Counted from the first letter of the stretch, positions 52,298-63,349 are shown. The stretch: DNA of 64,000 nt from a virus (IMGVR_UViG_2721755811_000005), one strand, 5' to 3'. The notes: generated by a model from the letters alone, not told the origin. Numbers and translations are program-made.

Positions 52298-52618
52298 ATG
52301 GGCTGGGCCAACTGGCGGGATCGCCTACATCAGACGGTAATGAAGACTTTCGCCGATGGGCGGGCGACTCACCAGAGCGCCTCTGGCGCGCCCCCGTCCT
52401 GCGGCTTCGAGGTCATCATTGATCACAACCTGATGATGGCGGGTCCGGAGGGCATGTTTCAGACAAACAAGATCGGGATCAGTTGGCGCAAGATCGATCT
52501 GTCCGGCGCGAGTCGGGGTGACGTGTTCATCGTGGGTGGTCAGCGCTTCATGGTTGAAGAGATGGTTGCGGACGATGGGCACATCCTGACCGCCGCCTGC
52601 AGGAAGGACCTATGCTGA
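52298..52618 (+). CDS. Head-tail connector (copy 2).
   Basis: Duplicate of 9995..10315. Confidence 0.5.
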   Translation: MGWANWRDRLHQTVMKTFADGRATHQSASGAPPSCGFEVIIDHNLMMAGPEGMFQTNKIGISWRKIDLSGASRGDVFIVGGQRFMVEEMVADDGHILTAACRKDLC

Positions 52619-53085
52619 AACCCAACGTCTTGACCGTGGGGCGACGAGCGTTGCTCGCGCGCCTGCAAACGATCACGCCGGCCAACGGCTACCGCACGGA
52701 TGCAGGTACCCGTGTGCTCTCCGGCTGGTTCAACGAACTGATCAAGGAGTGCAGGCAAGGATTCCCGCTGATCGTCGTTCAGCCGGCCAAGGAGCAGCCG
52801 CCCGAGCATCTCGACGCCGGCGTTCGCTTCCATCGCGGCTTCGACGTGGTAGGCGCGGTGCAAGGCGGGCATGACCACTATGAAGAGGCCCTGGAGGATC
52901 TGCAGCTCGATCTTCTAGCGTGCCTGATGCCTGCCCCCAAGGGGCAGTTCCTGCGCTGGCTGCCCCGAGAGCGTGGCATTACCGGGCTGACGTTGGGGGC
53001 GCCTGAGCCGTACCCGCCGGGTGATGGAGTGGCCGCTGCCGTGATTCGAATCCCTGTCTATCTGAAAACCATCATCGAGGGGTAA
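52612..53085 (+). CDS. Head-tail joining / tail completion protein (copy 2).
   Basis: Duplicate of 10309..10782. Confidence 0.45.
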   Translation: MLKPNVLTVGRRALLARLQTITPANGYRTDAGTRVLSGWFNELIKECRQGFPLIVVQPAKEQPPEHLDAGVRFHRGFDVVGAVQGGHDHYEEALEDLQLDLLACLMPAPKGQFLRWLPRERGITGLTLGAPEPYPPGDGVAAAVIRIPVYLKTIIEG

Positions 53086-53088
53086 CCC

Positions 53089-53283
53089 ATGAAGAGCGAT
53101 CCCCAGGTGCCGGCCACGGTCGACGCCGCGCCTCCGGCCGCGCTGAACAAAGCCGTCGAGGTCACCCTGGCAAAGGTGCATTGGCACCAGGGCGAGGAGA
53201 AGGCGGCCGGCGAAAAGATCAACGTCAGCCCTGACCAGGTTGAATTCCTGCGCCGCGAAGGCGTGATCAAGAAGGAGGCCTGA
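53089..53283 (+). CDS. Small hypothetical protein (copy 2).
   Basis: Duplicate of 10786..10980. Confidence 0.4.
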   Translation: MKSDPQVPATVDAAPPAALNKAVEVTLAKVHWHQGEEKAAGEKINVSPDQVEFLRREGVIKKEA

Positions 53284-53284
53284 T

Positions 53285-54037
53285 ATGGCTATCGAGAAAG
53301 AGACGTATGTGATCGGCGGACCCTTCAAGATCCGCGAGTCTGGCGCCACCGCACCCTTCCAGTTCGCTGGCCTGGTGTCCACTATCCAGCAGACCATCGA
53401 GACCAACGAGATCACTCTGCCGGATACCACCACCCCGCAGGGTGGTGAGTACGATGCCGTTTCGCGCATCACTTCGGTCGGGTTGTCGATCAACTTCCGC
53501 GAACTCAAGACCAGCATTCTGGCTGCCTTAGTGTGGGGGGACGCCACCAACGTTCCTTCTGCCACCCATACCGATGAAGCGCACACCGCCGTTCCGGGAG
53601 GCACGATCGCGCTCGACTTCATGCCGCTGGAGATCACCAGCGTGAAGAGCGATGACGGCACTACGACCTACGAAGAGTTCGACGACTGGAACATGACCGG
53701 CGCCGGCATCGAAATCGTTGAAGGGGGTGCGATCTCTGCGGCCACGCCGATCAAGGTGACTTACAAGTCCGCCACCGTCGATGTGATCGAGGCGCTGACC
53801 AACAGCGGCAAGACGTTCGAATTCCTCTTCGAGGGCGAGAACGCCGCTGGTACTCAGCGTCGCATCCAGGCGCGCTATTTCCGGTGCCGCCTGAACCCGT
53901 CGAGCCAGCAGGATTGGATCAACACCGAAGACTTCCTGGCTGCCGAGGCCACTGCCAAGGTGCTGATGGACCCGACCAAGGTCGGCGCTGGAAAGTCGAA
54001 GTACTTCAACATCAAGAAGGAGCTGGCGACGGTGTGA
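53285..54037 (+). CDS. Major tail protein (copy 2).
   Basis: Duplicate of 10982..11734. Confidence 0.65.
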   Translation: MAIEKETYVIGGPFKIRESGATAPFQFAGLVSTIQQTIETNEITLPDTTTPQGGEYDAVSRITSVGLSINFRELKTSILAALVWGDATNVPSATHTDEAHTAVPGGTIALDFMPLEITSVKSDDGTTTYEEFDDWNMTGAGIEIVEGGAISAATPIKVTYKSATVDVIEALTNSGKTFEFLFEGENAAGTQRRIQARYFRCRLNPSSQQDWINTEDFLAAEATAKVLMDPTKVGAGKSKYFNIKKELATV

Positions 54038-54118
54038 CGCCGTTCATGCCCGGCAGGGACGCCGGATGTGGGCTCGCCCGCGTGGTGCTACAGTGGCGCC
54101 ATTTAGGGAGGGGTTGAA

Positions 54119-54640
54119 ATGTACTCTAGGTCGCGCGGATTTTCCCTTATCGAGTTGATGGTAGTGGTCGTACTCTTGGCCGTTTTGGCATTCATGGCCG
54201 TTCCGAGCTTCAAGGCTATGCAGGAGGGGAACAACCATCTAGCCGGCAAAGAAGTTTTTCTCCAGCACCTGGAATTTGCCAGGTCCTATGCGCTGTCAAA
54301 AAAGACAACTGTCGAAGTCTGTGCAGAAAGTGGAGGGTGGACTGACGGATATATCGTCCGCACAGATTCTGGTAAGACTGTTTTGCTTAAGGAAAATAAG
54401 TATAAAAACATCCATCCAGTTGGAGCGTGGAAAGGCTCTATGGAGTCTGGGTGTGTGCGATTCGTATCCAATGGGAGCGCACCCGCGGTGCCTGCCCCGA
54501 CGGGGGAGTACTACGACTCTGGTTTCTTCGGTGGTGAAGAGCTGGACAAGGCTGCTTGGCGGGTGACGTTCAAGCCGTCTGGCTGGAACTGCACTGAGAA
54601 AGATCCTAAAGACCCTAAGTGCGCCAAGAAACCAACCTGA
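54119..54640 (+). CDS. Type IV pilin-like moron protein (copy 2).
   Basis: Duplicate of 11816..12337. Confidence 0.8.
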   Translation: MYSRSRGFSLIELMVVVVLLAVLAFMAVPSFKAMQEGNNHLAGKEVFLQHLEFARSYALSKKTTVEVCAESGGWTDGYIVRTDSGKTVLLKENKYKNIHPVGAWKGSMESGCVRFVSNGSAPAVPAPTGEYYDSGFFGGEELDKAAWRVTFKPSGWNCTEKDPKDPKCAKKPT

Positions 54641-54711
54641 TCGCCGGCTTGTGTTCTTGGTAATGGCCTGTTGATGCTAAAGTGTGAAGCGGTTCCAATG
54701 GAGAGTCGCTT

Positions 54712-55239
54712 ATGACACGGATTTTTCCCGTTCTCGCCTTGCTTCTTGCGGTCAGTTCTGCCAGTGGGGCGACGGTCTTTAAGTGCGTCGGCCCTGACGG
54801 AAAAGTCACTTTTACCCAGCAGAATTGCCCTGACAACCAATCGCTGAACGATGTGGTTTCTGCCACCAACCAGCGCCCAAGCGGGTCAGGTGCCTCGGCT
54901 GTCATGGCCAAGCCCAAGCAGCCATCAGGTCGTACCTATAGAGGTAGTCACCAGGTCGGCAGCGGAGTGATCGTCGTCGGTGGTTCGTCGCCAATCCCTA
55001 CGTGTTCCACAGGACTCTCTGAGCGTGACCTTCGCAAGGCCAAGGTCCAGGGCAAGGTCGTTCCTGGAATGTCCAGGGAGGACGTGGAAAGCATCTACGG
55101 GAAGGTGAACCGCAACGGCAGTACCGCCGGCGCGGGTGCTGTCACCTACTGGAATGACAAGTATGTTGACCAGACGACCGTTTCGTTTGATCGTAACGGA
55201 TGCGTCCAGGGTTCATACCAATCGGGCAACAAGAACTAG
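54712..55239 (+). CDS. Secreted DUF4124/BamE-like protein (copy 2).
   Basis: Duplicate of 12409..12936. Confidence 0.6.
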   Translation: MTRIFPVLALLLAVSSASGATVFKCVGPDGKVTFTQQNCPDNQSLNDVVSATNQRPSGSGASAVMAKPKQPSGRTYRGSHQVGSGVIVVGGSSPIPTCSTGLSERDLRKAKVQGKVVPGMSREDVESIYGKVNRNGSTAGAGAVTYWNDKYVDQTTVSFDRNGCVQGSYQSGNKN

Positions 55240-55303
55240 CCGATATAACGCTTTTTAAACAGCCCCGCCATTCGGCGGGGTTTGTGCTTTCTGGAGGGTT
55301 GAA

Positions 55304-55606
55304 ATGTCCAGCTTTACTGCAAGTAGAGTTGTAGATATTGATGGCGTTGAGTTGACCGTGCGGGAACTTAGCGTTGCGGATGTTCGAAAGCTAATGCAAG
55401 AGGTCAGTGACCAGGATCTCGTCAGTAATGCTCTCTTCGAAGATATCAGGCTATCCGATCTGTGCCTGATGACGTCGGTTACGAAGAGCCAAATTAACGA
55501 TCTCCGGCCTAGCCAACTCGCGAAGTTGCGGGATGCATGTAAAGAGGTGAACCCGCATTTTTTCGGAATGCTGGGCCGTCTCTCGAAACTCCCCGACAAG
55601 CCATAA
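55304..55606 (+). CDS. Tail assembly chaperone with -1 PRF site at 55558..55564 (copy 2).
   Basis: Duplicate of 13001..13303. Confidence 0.6.
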   Translation: MSSFTASRVVDIDGVELTVRELSVADVRKLMQEVSDQDLVSNALFEDIRLSDLCLMTSVTKSQINDLRPSQLAKLRDACKEVNPHFFGMLGRLSKLPDKP

Positions 55607-55708
55607 GGAGTTTGGAGCGCGCCATTTGCGTTCTGGTGAGGCTTGGGCATCACCACGTCCTTGAATATCCCTGGTCGCTGTTCTTGACCGCGCTGAAGGC
55701 TGAATGAA

Positions 55709-58192
55709 ATGGCTGACGTAAAGATCCGGCTGACCGCTGACCTCGATGATGCGCTGCGCGAGGTGTCAGGCTTCCGCAAGGAATATGCCGAACTGGTCAG
55801 GCAGGTCGCGCAACCTCTCAAGCGTTTAAACGATTTCACTGCTCTCGAAAGCACCCTCGAGGACACGCAACGCCAGGCGCGCTCGGCGCGCGAGCAGATC
55901 CGCACGCTCGGCAACGAGCTGGCATCGACGATCAGGCCAAGCCGCGAATTGCAGCAGGCTTACCGGGACTCCATTTCGGACTTGCGAAGCCTGGAGCGGG
56001 CAGAGACCATCCAGATAGCCAAGCTCGGAGCGATGCGCCGGGAGTTGAAGCAGGCCGGGCTGGATACGAGAAGCCTGACAGCCGAACGGCAGCGGCTCCA
56101 GCGTGAGCTGGATCGAAACCTCCAGGCGGGCCGTAATGATGCGGCCACCACCAGCCTCCGGCAGCAGGCCGCAGCGATCAAGCAGAGCGCGATAGAGCAG
56201 CGCCGCTTCAACTTGGAGCAAGCGCGTAGCACCCTGGGAGTCGCCAGGGTGCGCGAACTGCAGGCTGCTATCGGGCAGTTGAACCAGCAATATCGCTTGC
56301 TTCGGTCGAGCGGAACGCTGTCCACAAGGGAACTTGCCGTTGCGCAGCGGGCGCTCAAAAAGCAGATCGCGGAGACCAAGAGCGAACTCAACTCGCTTGG
56401 TGCCGGCTCGCGGCTGTCGAGCATCGGCTCTCTACGCGGGAGCGGTCCAGCGCTGGCGGTTGCGGGTCTCGCAGCCGCAGTAGGTGCTGCAACGGCGAAG
56501 CTAGCGAACGGCGCCGATACTGTTGGCCGGCTCGATTCCCGGCTTCGCCTGGCGACCCGCTCGCAGGAAGAGTTCAACACTGCGCAGATCGAACTCGACC
56601 GTATCGCGGATGATGTTCAGGGCGACGTCGGCGACCTCATCGGCCTTTATTCGCGGTTGCAGCGCCCGCTTCGGGATGCGGGCATGGATCAGCGCGCCGC
56701 CCTCGAAACCGTAGAGGCGGTATCCCTTGGCCTGAAAATCGGTGGAGCCTCTGCCGAGGAGTCGGCGTCGGTCATTACCCAGTTCTCCCAGGCTATTGCC
56801 AGTGGCGTCCTGCGGGGCGAAGAGTTCAATACCGTTCTGGAGTCCTCGGATCGCATTGCTGGCGCCCTGGCGGACTCCTTCGGAGTGACTGTCGGCCGGC
56901 TTCGCGAGATGGCTGCCGCCGGTGAACTGACCTCGGAGCAGATCGTTATCGCGCTGCGGAAGGAGTTGCCGAAGCTCCGCGAGGAGATGGCGTCGTTTGC
57001 CCCGGAGATTGGTGCAGGGCTGAACCGGATATTTTCCGAAACCCAGAAATATTGGGGGCGTCGCGCGAAGGAAACAGGCATCGTCGACTGGGTTGCGAAC
57101 CAGTTGAACGATGTTGCCAAGGGGATCAACACGGCGAATACGCTGGTGAAAAAGGGCGAGGGCAGCCTCACGGCCACCCTAGCCGCCGAGAAGGCGCGTC
57201 AAGAGCAGATCGTGAAGCGCCAGAACGATGCCCTGAAGCGGGCTCGGGAACAGAACGTCGCCGATCTCCAGTCTGAGGTTGTTCGGACCAAGGCCCTCCT
57301 TGAACAGTCCACCAAGAACCTCAACGACGCGCTATCGCGCCAGGCAGATGTCCGTAAGGAGTTTGCCGACCTGGTGAAGGGTATCCAGGCGACGCCCGCC
57401 TCCGGAACGCAGACCTTCGGTGATGCCACTGCGGCCCAGGCATCGGCTCGCAACGCGCTGACCGCCGGCAACAACCAAAAGGCGATAGAGGAGGCGCGCC
57501 GCGCGCTGCAGATCCTTCAGCAACTGAAGGATGCTGGCGCGAACAGCTACGGCTTCGAAGGCGTGGCCAAGGAGGTGGAGCGCATCGCCAACAAGGCCGC
57601 AGAGGTCGAGGTTGGTAATGCCAAGGCTGCGGATGACGTCAACCGCCTGAACCTGGCCGACCTTGAGGAGCGCATCAAGGCTGTGCAAAACGTCGAGGTG
57701 TCGTTCGGGATGGACTTCGAAAGCGCGGAGACCTTGAAGCAACAGGTCGCCGACATCGCCGCCGGCCTGGCTGAGCAACTCGTGATACCTATCACGCTGG
57801 TTCCGCCTCCGGAGATGGGCTTGCCTGGCGTGCCCAGCATCACCCCCAAGATACCCGGGTTTGCCACTGGTACGCAGAGCGCTCCCCCTGGTATGGCGTG
57901 GGTTGGGGAGCGTGGGCCGGAGTTGATGATGATGCGCGGAGGAGAGCGCATCTTCAACGCGGTGCAGTCGCTGCAGATGTCGCAGAGGTATCAACGAACT
58001 CTCCCCGAGATACCCGAGATTCCGACTGCGGCGCTTCAGCAGGCGAATCCGCCGGCAGCCATGCAAAACCTGGGATCGCTGACCCTCAACCTGGGTGGAG
58101 ACGATGCCGGTTTCACCGTTTTCGGGACACACGACACGCTCCGAGATATACGCAAGGCCGCCTCGAAGTTCGGGCGGACGCGCCCAAAATGA
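55709..58192 (+). CDS. Tape measure protein (copy 2).
   Basis: Duplicate of 13406..15889. Confidence 0.9.
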   Translation: MADVKIRLTADLDDALREVSGFRKEYAELVRQVAQPLKRLNDFTALESTLEDTQRQARSAREQIRTLGNELASTIRPSRELQQAYRDSISDLRSLERAETIQIAKLGAMRRELKQAGLDTRSLTAERQRLQRELDRNLQAGRNDAATTSLRQQAAAIKQSAIEQRRFNLEQARSTLGVARVRELQAAIGQLNQQYRLLRSSGTLSTRELAVAQRALKKQIAETKSELNSLGAGSRLSSIGSLRGSGPALAVAGLAAAVGAATAKLANGADTVGRLDSRLRLATRSQEEFNTAQIELDRIADDVQGDVGDLIGLYSRLQRPLRDAGMDQRAALETVEAVSLGLKIGGASAEESASVITQFSQAIASGVLRGEEFNTVLESSDRIAGALADSFGVTVGRLREMAAAGELTSEQIVIALRKELPKLREEMASFAPEIGAGLNRIFSETQKYWGRRAKETGIVDWVANQLNDVAKGINTANTLVKKGEGSLTATLAAEKARQEQIVKRQNDALKRAREQNVADLQSEVVRTKALLEQSTKNLNDALSRQADVRKEFADLVKGIQATPASGTQTFGDATAAQASARNALTAGNNQKAIEEARRALQILQQLKDAGANSYGFEGVAKEVERIANKAAEVEVGNAKAADDVNRLNLADLEERIKAVQNVEVSFGMDFESAETLKQQVADIAAGLAEQLVIPITLVPPPEMGLPGVPSITPKIPGFATGTQSAPPGMAWVGERGPELMMMRGGERIFNAVQSLQMSQRYQRTLPEIPEIPTAALQQANPPAAMQNLGSLTLNLGGDDAGFTVFGTHDTLRDIRKAASKFGRTRPK

Positions 58193-58231
58193 CCAAGCCC
58201 GCCTCGCGCGGGCTTTTTTATGGAGTTGGGA

Positions 58232-58753
58232 ATGATCATTCCGAACGTGATGCTTGGGGGCGTACCGATCGTGATACACGGCGGCGCCCCGCAGTGTCAG
58301 TACCAGGCTGTAGATGGCGGCGTCGAGCGGTTGAGGCTCAGCGGAGGTGCGGCAGTACAGATGACGCACTGGCGCAAGACGGCAATCACCATCAGCGGTT
58401 CAGGATGGATCGGCACGGGGATGCTTGGACTCGACTTCGACAACCCGTTGGAGCTGAGATGCAATGCGTCGCTTGGCATTTCCGGCCGTACTGCCGCCGA
58501 CCGAGTATTCACAATCCCTGGAGAAGTTCGCCCCGATGCCAGTCCGTGGGGGCTGGCGCTGGTCAGCCGTGAGTGGGTCAGAACGGACGTGTCGTCCGCC
58601 GGCCAGGTGGTAACCGTGTCGGAGATCCCAGGCGCGCAACTCTACCGCGTCGAGTGGTGGCCGCTGTTCCACGTCTTCGCGTCCATCCCTCCTGAGGCGC
58701 TTGATTCTTCGAACAACAGCCGGACCTGGCAAATTGTCGCTGAGGAAATCTGA
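58232..58753 (+). CDS. Tail protein (copy 2).
   Basis: Duplicate of 15929..16450. Confidence 0.5.
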   Translation: MIIPNVMLGGVPIVIHGGAPQCQYQAVDGGVERLRLSGGAAVQMTHWRKTAITISGSGWIGTGMLGLDFDNPLELRCNASLGISGRTAADRVFTIPGEVRPDASPWGLALVSREWVRTDVSSAGQVVTVSEIPGAQLYRVEWWPLFHVFASIPPEALDSSNNSRTWQIVAEEI

Positions 58754-60450
58754 TGCTCAACGGTGGACCGCTCAATAGCGCTGCGCTGAACTCGGCCGCT
58801 CAATCCGTTGTGCCTGGTCCTGAGCCGATCATCCCAGGCTACGCATTCACATGGCGAGCAATCGTGCGTGTTGGCGATGATGACGTTACACCGCTCCTGA
58901 CCGGGGAGATCGAGGTCGATCGTGAAGAGGGGGCGGCTGGCGTCGCGTCCTTTTCGATCTATCTCGGCGACGGCCCTGTTGTCCCTACAGACTGGATCGG
59001 CCGAACCGTAACCATCGACTACGCAACGGAGACCGCCGGGGAGCTGAGTCAGGGTCGGCGGTTTACGGGAAGGGTTACTCAGCCAGCCTGGAATCCTGTT
59101 CGGCGCGTCCTTGACGTCAGTTGCACGGACCAGTTGCAGCAGCGTGTAGAGGCCATGGAGATTGCGGCCGTCGACGCTCTGGCCGGCGGCGCCTGGTCCG
59201 CAGATGTGTTCGAGCCGGTCGATGGACGCTCGCGGTGGGACTACGCCCAGGAGCGTTTGACCAGCGTAACCGGGAGCTTGGACTGTTCGCCATATGGTGC
59301 TCTCCGCGTCACGTCATGGCTTTCGGTGGCTCCTGCCTTCGAGTTCGGCCAAGGCTCTACGGTATACGGATCGCTAGCGGTCGAGTTGGCCGACCTGAGT
59401 TCGCAGACGAATAGGGTCGAGATCGAGTGCGACTACCGATTCAGCCGGCTCTGGCAGTTGAACGCATCGTATGGATGGCAGCACCCCGGGACGGGTAACG
59501 CTGTTGGCGAGGCAGGGTTTTGCAACTGGCGCGGCGATGACACCGAGTTACCGGATGTCGAGATGATCACCTCGGCGACCGAGAGCAGCGGCCAGACGTT
59601 GTTCTATGCGACCTGGTATCCACTGCCGCCCACGGGCGTCTACTGCAATCCGCCGGCGGCATGGGTCAACAACTTCACCGAGCTGCTGCTCGGCGGAAAT
59701 TGGATTGCTGGCCGGCGATGGGTGCAGTCCGTCACAGAGCGCTACCGGCTGGTCATGGAGGTTCAGCCGAGCGTGGCGGCGACCGGCCCGATTGTCGGTC
59801 GGCAGCGTGCCTCGTTCGAGATCGAGTCGGACAGGGCCGAGCGCTGGGAAAGCGAGCCGATCACGGGCGGCAGCACCGGCCACGACGACGAGAAGGATGG
59901 CAACCGGCGCTTGTCCGCACTGAACTGCTTGTTGGCCCAGGGCGCCACGACGCTCATTGCTGCGCACCGCGGCACGACCGTGACCTGGGATGTGCCGACG
60001 TCGATGATCCTGCCGATCGATCTTGTGCATACGCTCCGCCTCGATGATCAGGGGGCGCGCGCGGTGGGCAAGTGTCGACGCATTGTCGACCGGCTCGACC
60101 TCGCATCCGGAAGCGCCCTGACCACGATCTCTATCGCGGTGATGCGAGGCGGTGGCGGCGCAGCAGACCCCCTTGTTCCTCCTGCTGGCTCGTCCGATCC
60201 CGTCAGCCCACCGTCGGGCGGGGGACAGCTCTCGACGCAGCTTGGAGGCCGCAACGGCAGCCCCCCATATGACGATGATGCGGACGGATTCTGCGGGAAC
60301 TGGAGCAACCGCGATCCTGGCGCCGAGTTGTTCCCGCGCCGCTTTTCGTTGACCGCAAACGACATTCCGGAGACCTACCGGGACGAGCATGCGCCGGAGA
60401 TCGCGGCCACCTACCGGGTAGCTGTACCTGATGACGTACTGGAGATGTAG
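58753..60450 (+). CDS. Tail tip / baseplate-type protein (copy 2).
   Basis: Duplicate of 16450..18147. Confidence 0.5.
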   Translation: MLNGGPLNSAALNSAAQSVVPGPEPIIPGYAFTWRAIVRVGDDDVTPLLTGEIEVDREEGAAGVASFSIYLGDGPVVPTDWIGRTVTIDYATETAGELSQGRRFTGRVTQPAWNPVRRVLDVSCTDQLQQRVEAMEIAAVDALAGGAWSADVFEPVDGRSRWDYAQERLTSVTGSLDCSPYGALRVTSWLSVAPAFEFGQGSTVYGSLAVELADLSSQTNRVEIECDYRFSRLWQLNASYGWQHPGTGNAVGEAGFCNWRGDDTELPDVEMITSATESSGQTLFYATWYPLPPTGVYCNPPAAWVNNFTELLLGGNWIAGRRWVQSVTERYRLVMEVQPSVAATGPIVGRQRASFEIESDRAERWESEPITGGSTGHDDEKDGNRRLSALNCLLAQGATTLIAAHRGTTVTWDVPTSMILPIDLVHTLRLDDQGARAVGKCRRIVDRLDLASGSALTTISIAVMRGGGGAADPLVPPAGSSDPVSPPSGGGQLSTQLGGRNGSPPYDDDADGFCGNWSNRDPGAELFPRRFSLTANDIPETYRDEHAPEIAATYRVAVPDDVLEM

Positions 60451-60452
60451 CG

Positions 60453-60863
60453 ATGGCGAGAGCCTGGATCAACAACTGGAAGACGACGCTGAGCGCCGGC
60501 CTTTCGCCTGGCGAGTTAAGCCTGACGGTGCCGGATGCTGCCGCCGCGCTGCTGCCGCTCTCTGGCGGTAACTGGGTGCTGTTGACGCTGGCGGATGCTG
60601 CCGGCGCTCAGCATGAGATCGTGAAAGCAACCGCCCGCGCCGGTGGGGTGGTGACGATCGAGCGCGCCCAGGAAGCCACCGCCGACGGCAACTGGCCGGC
60701 GGGGTCGGCGATCTATGCAGCCGTCACGGCCGGCGATCTCATGGCACTGCAAGCGCGAATCGCGGCCCTGGAGGGCGGCACTCCCGAAGGAGCCCTGGTC
60801 GATGCGAGCGGTTCGGTTCTCGTCGATGGCGCCGGAAACAACCTGATCATGGAGAACAACTGA
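60453..60863 (+). CDS. Tail-associated hypothetical protein (copy 2).
   Basis: Duplicate of 18150..18560. Confidence 0.45.
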   Translation: MARAWINNWKTTLSAGLSPGELSLTVPDAAAALLPLSGGNWVLLTLADAAGAQHEIVKATARAGGVVTIERAQEATADGNWPAGSAIYAAVTAGDLMALQARIAALEGGTPEGALVDASGSVLVDGAGNNLIMENN

Positions 60864-61408
60864 TGGCAACTATTACGCACGTCCTGTCCGGCGCTGGGGA
60901 GCCGCTCGATCCGCCTCCAAGCATCGGTGCTCACTACGTGAACACGAACAACGGCGCGCTATACCTTGCGAAGGGCATCTCGAGCGGTGCCGATTGGGTG
61001 AAGCTGGGTAGTGGCGGTGGCAGCGTTCCGAGCGAGGTGCTGCATGTCAACACCGACGGCCAGTTCCTTCTCGAGCCTCAACACTCATTTGTTGAGGCCC
61101 GTCTGTTCGCAATTCCCGAGCTCGGCACTGCCGCAATTGGAATCGATCCCAGCACATCCCGACAGTTCGACCTGAATATCAGGACCGCGGGTCCGAGCGG
61201 GCAGCAACTGCAGATCAGAGTTACGTCCGGTGAATTGCCCGGAGGGCTGTCGATCGTTGGCACAACCAGGCAGTGGGCTGTTCAGGAGTCGTATGGATTC
61301 TTGATCAATGCAAATGACCTCAACGGCGAAGTGTGGGCGCGCGTCTATTTCGATGCTGACGAACTCACTCTGTCGATGCTCGTGTTCAGCGATGTGCCGA
61401 ACGCGTAG
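60863..61408 (+). CDS. Tail-associated hypothetical protein (copy 2).
   Basis: Duplicate of 18560..19105. Confidence 0.45.
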   Translation: MATITHVLSGAGEPLDPPPSIGAHYVNTNNGALYLAKGISSGADWVKLGSGGGSVPSEVLHVNTDGQFLLEPQHSFVEARLFAIPELGTAAIGIDPSTSRQFDLNIRTAGPSGQQLQIRVTSGELPGGLSIVGTTRQWAVQESYGFLINANDLNGEVWARVYFDADELTLSMLVFSDVPNA

Positions 61409-61418
61409 GAGATAGCGC

Positions 61419-61841
61419 ATGGCTCTATCAGACGAGCGCCGCGGCATCGGCGCGAGGAACGAAGCGATCCGCCGCGCCGGCGGCCAACGGGTTGAAGCGG
61501 AGCGCCGCGGTGACCAAGGCCTGACGGCGGCGCTCAACCGGCTGATCGAGCCGGAGCGCCAGGCGCGGTCGCTGCGGAAAATCGATCCTCGCGGCGCCCT
61601 GGATGTAAAGCGCGGGCGGGCGGACTACAACCCCGCAGGCAAGCAGATCGGCGGGGGTGGCGGTATTGCGAGCCCCCTGATCGAGGAAGATGCTGGCCAG
61701 CGCGAATACTACGAACTGCAGACAATCCCCACCAGCGATGGCCTGGCCTGGCTCCGGTATCGCAGCGTGAAGAAGATCGTCATGACCGACGCGTCAGGCG
61801 CAGAAGTTGTGATGGAGTACGCGAACGATGTTTCCCAATAG
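61419..61841 (+). CDS. Tail-associated hypothetical protein (copy 2).
   Basis: Duplicate of 19116..19538. Confidence 0.4.
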   Translation: MALSDERRGIGARNEAIRRAGGQRVEAERRGDQGLTAALNRLIEPERQARSLRKIDPRGALDVKRGRADYNPAGKQIGGGGGIASPLIEEDAGQREYYELQTIPTSDGLAWLRYRSVKKIVMTDASGAEVVMEYANDVSQ

Positions 61842-63327
61842 CCCGCTCGATGAAGCTCCGCAGGTATGGGGGTGGCCATGGCACGGCCTAATACGACAGC
61901 CAATCAACGCCGTTGATTCGACCTTGACGTTACCAAGCGGGCGAACGATGAAGATGCCGGCGGTCAGGACAGCAAATGATACTGCGCTCTGGAGTGTAGG
62001 TATGCCTCTCCCGAACGTCGAAACCGATGACCCTGACGAGCGCTGGCTCAACCGAGCGATCATGCGCGGAACCGGACTAGCCGAGGCATACGGAGGGGTA
62101 TCACTCCAGCCGGCATTCATCCGTGGGTACACCGTCCGTTGCGGCGTTGAGGTTGCGTTCAATTCATTTCTCGGAACAGCATCCGCAATCTGCTCTATTC
62201 GGGATGGTGTAACAGGATTCATTGGGCAGATCACAAGCAACACCATCGCGCCTTCTGCGATGGGTATCCCCGTCCAGCCAGCAGGTATGTCTTTTCAAGT
62301 CCTAGATGTAAATCACGACGGAACGCGCCGAGTGTTCCGCGTCGACTATCAAGAAACTGTTGACGGAACGGTGATTGCTGGCGGCATGGTGGAGGTGCGC
62401 ATTAGCGCAAGCGGAGCGTCCGGATTCCAAGCTGAGTTGGTTGTCGTGGCTACATGGAGCCAGGTTCAGTTTGCAACGTTGTCCAGCAGTAAGCCGGACG
62501 TTGACCCGAATACTCATACGCGGTTCTGGTGGGACAGTGCGAGCGGCTCCTACGTTTCAGGAACAAGCGATCCCCCTGGAATACCGGTCGATACACGCGT
62601 ACTCCAGGGAGGCTGGACTGCTAGCCTGCAAGCTGAAGCGATTGCCACGGCTTGGTACGGAATGTCCGGTGGCTTGGAATTCGTGCGGATAGGGGTCGAT
62701 CTGGTCTCCGCTATACAGCGCGCCGCAAGTGCTGCAGGTGATCACGTTGCGTTCAGTCAGACCGACGATATGACAGTTGTATATACACTGCGGTCGGAGG
62801 CAGGGGAGGCGACCGTAACTCTCCACAATACCGTTGTGCAGTCGGGGTCAATTTTCGGGACTGGCGGTCCTGGGACTGCGCTCATCACCGATAGCATTGA
62901 TGGGCAGACTGTTAGCACTGGCTCGCAGAGCGTGACTTTGAGTGATCAGTACATATACACGCCAGATGTGGGCGACACATATGCACGCGGTTTGAACTGG
63001 AACTCTCGCATCCAGCTATTTTCTCAAGGGCTGGATGGGCACCTGTCGTCGTTCGGTGTGCAGTACGCATGGCCTGTCCAGAGGTACTCGAACAAGCTGC
63101 TAGGTATCGTTGCAGTCCGGCATAGCGTAGTAGGCACGCCTGATGAGCGATATCGATTTGCAGGCGCGGCATTCACTCCTCATGGAGTGCACGGCACTAG
63201 TCAGAGCGACGTGGATGTTGGTGGATTCTCTGCCGTCCAGCTTGAAGCGTGGGGTAAGGGCTCCTACAACCCTCTAACCGGCGACGCTATACGCAACGAC
63301 CCGAACGCCTTCTATTCCTACGTTTGA
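61828..63327 (+). CDS. Putative receptor-binding / fibre-like protein (copy 2).
   Basis: Duplicate of 19525..21024. Confidence 0.45.
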   Translation: MFPNSPLDEAPQVWGWPWHGLIRQPINAVDSTLTLPSGRTMKMPAVRTANDTALWSVGMPLPNVETDDPDERWLNRAIMRGTGLAEAYGGVSLQPAFIRGYTVRCGVEVAFNSFLGTASAICSIRDGVTGFIGQITSNTIAPSAMGIPVQPAGMSFQVLDVNHDGTRRVFRVDYQETVDGTVIAGGMVEVRISASGASGFQAELVVVATWSQVQFATLSSSKPDVDPNTHTRFWWDSASGSYVSGTSDPPGIPVDTRVLQGGWTASLQAEAIATAWYGMSGGLEFVRIGVDLVSAIQRAASAAGDHVAFSQTDDMTVVYTLRSEAGEATVTLHNTVVQSGSIFGTGGPGTALITDSIDGQTVSTGSQSVTLSDQYIYTPDVGDTYARGLNWNSRIQLFSQGLDGHLSSFGVQYAWPVQRYSNKLLGIVAVRHSVVGTPDERYRFAGAAFTPHGVHGTSQSDVDVGGFSAVQLEAWGKGSYNPLTGDAIRNDPNAFYSYV

Positions 63328-63349
63328 TTCCCTCCAAAGGAGAAGCCGC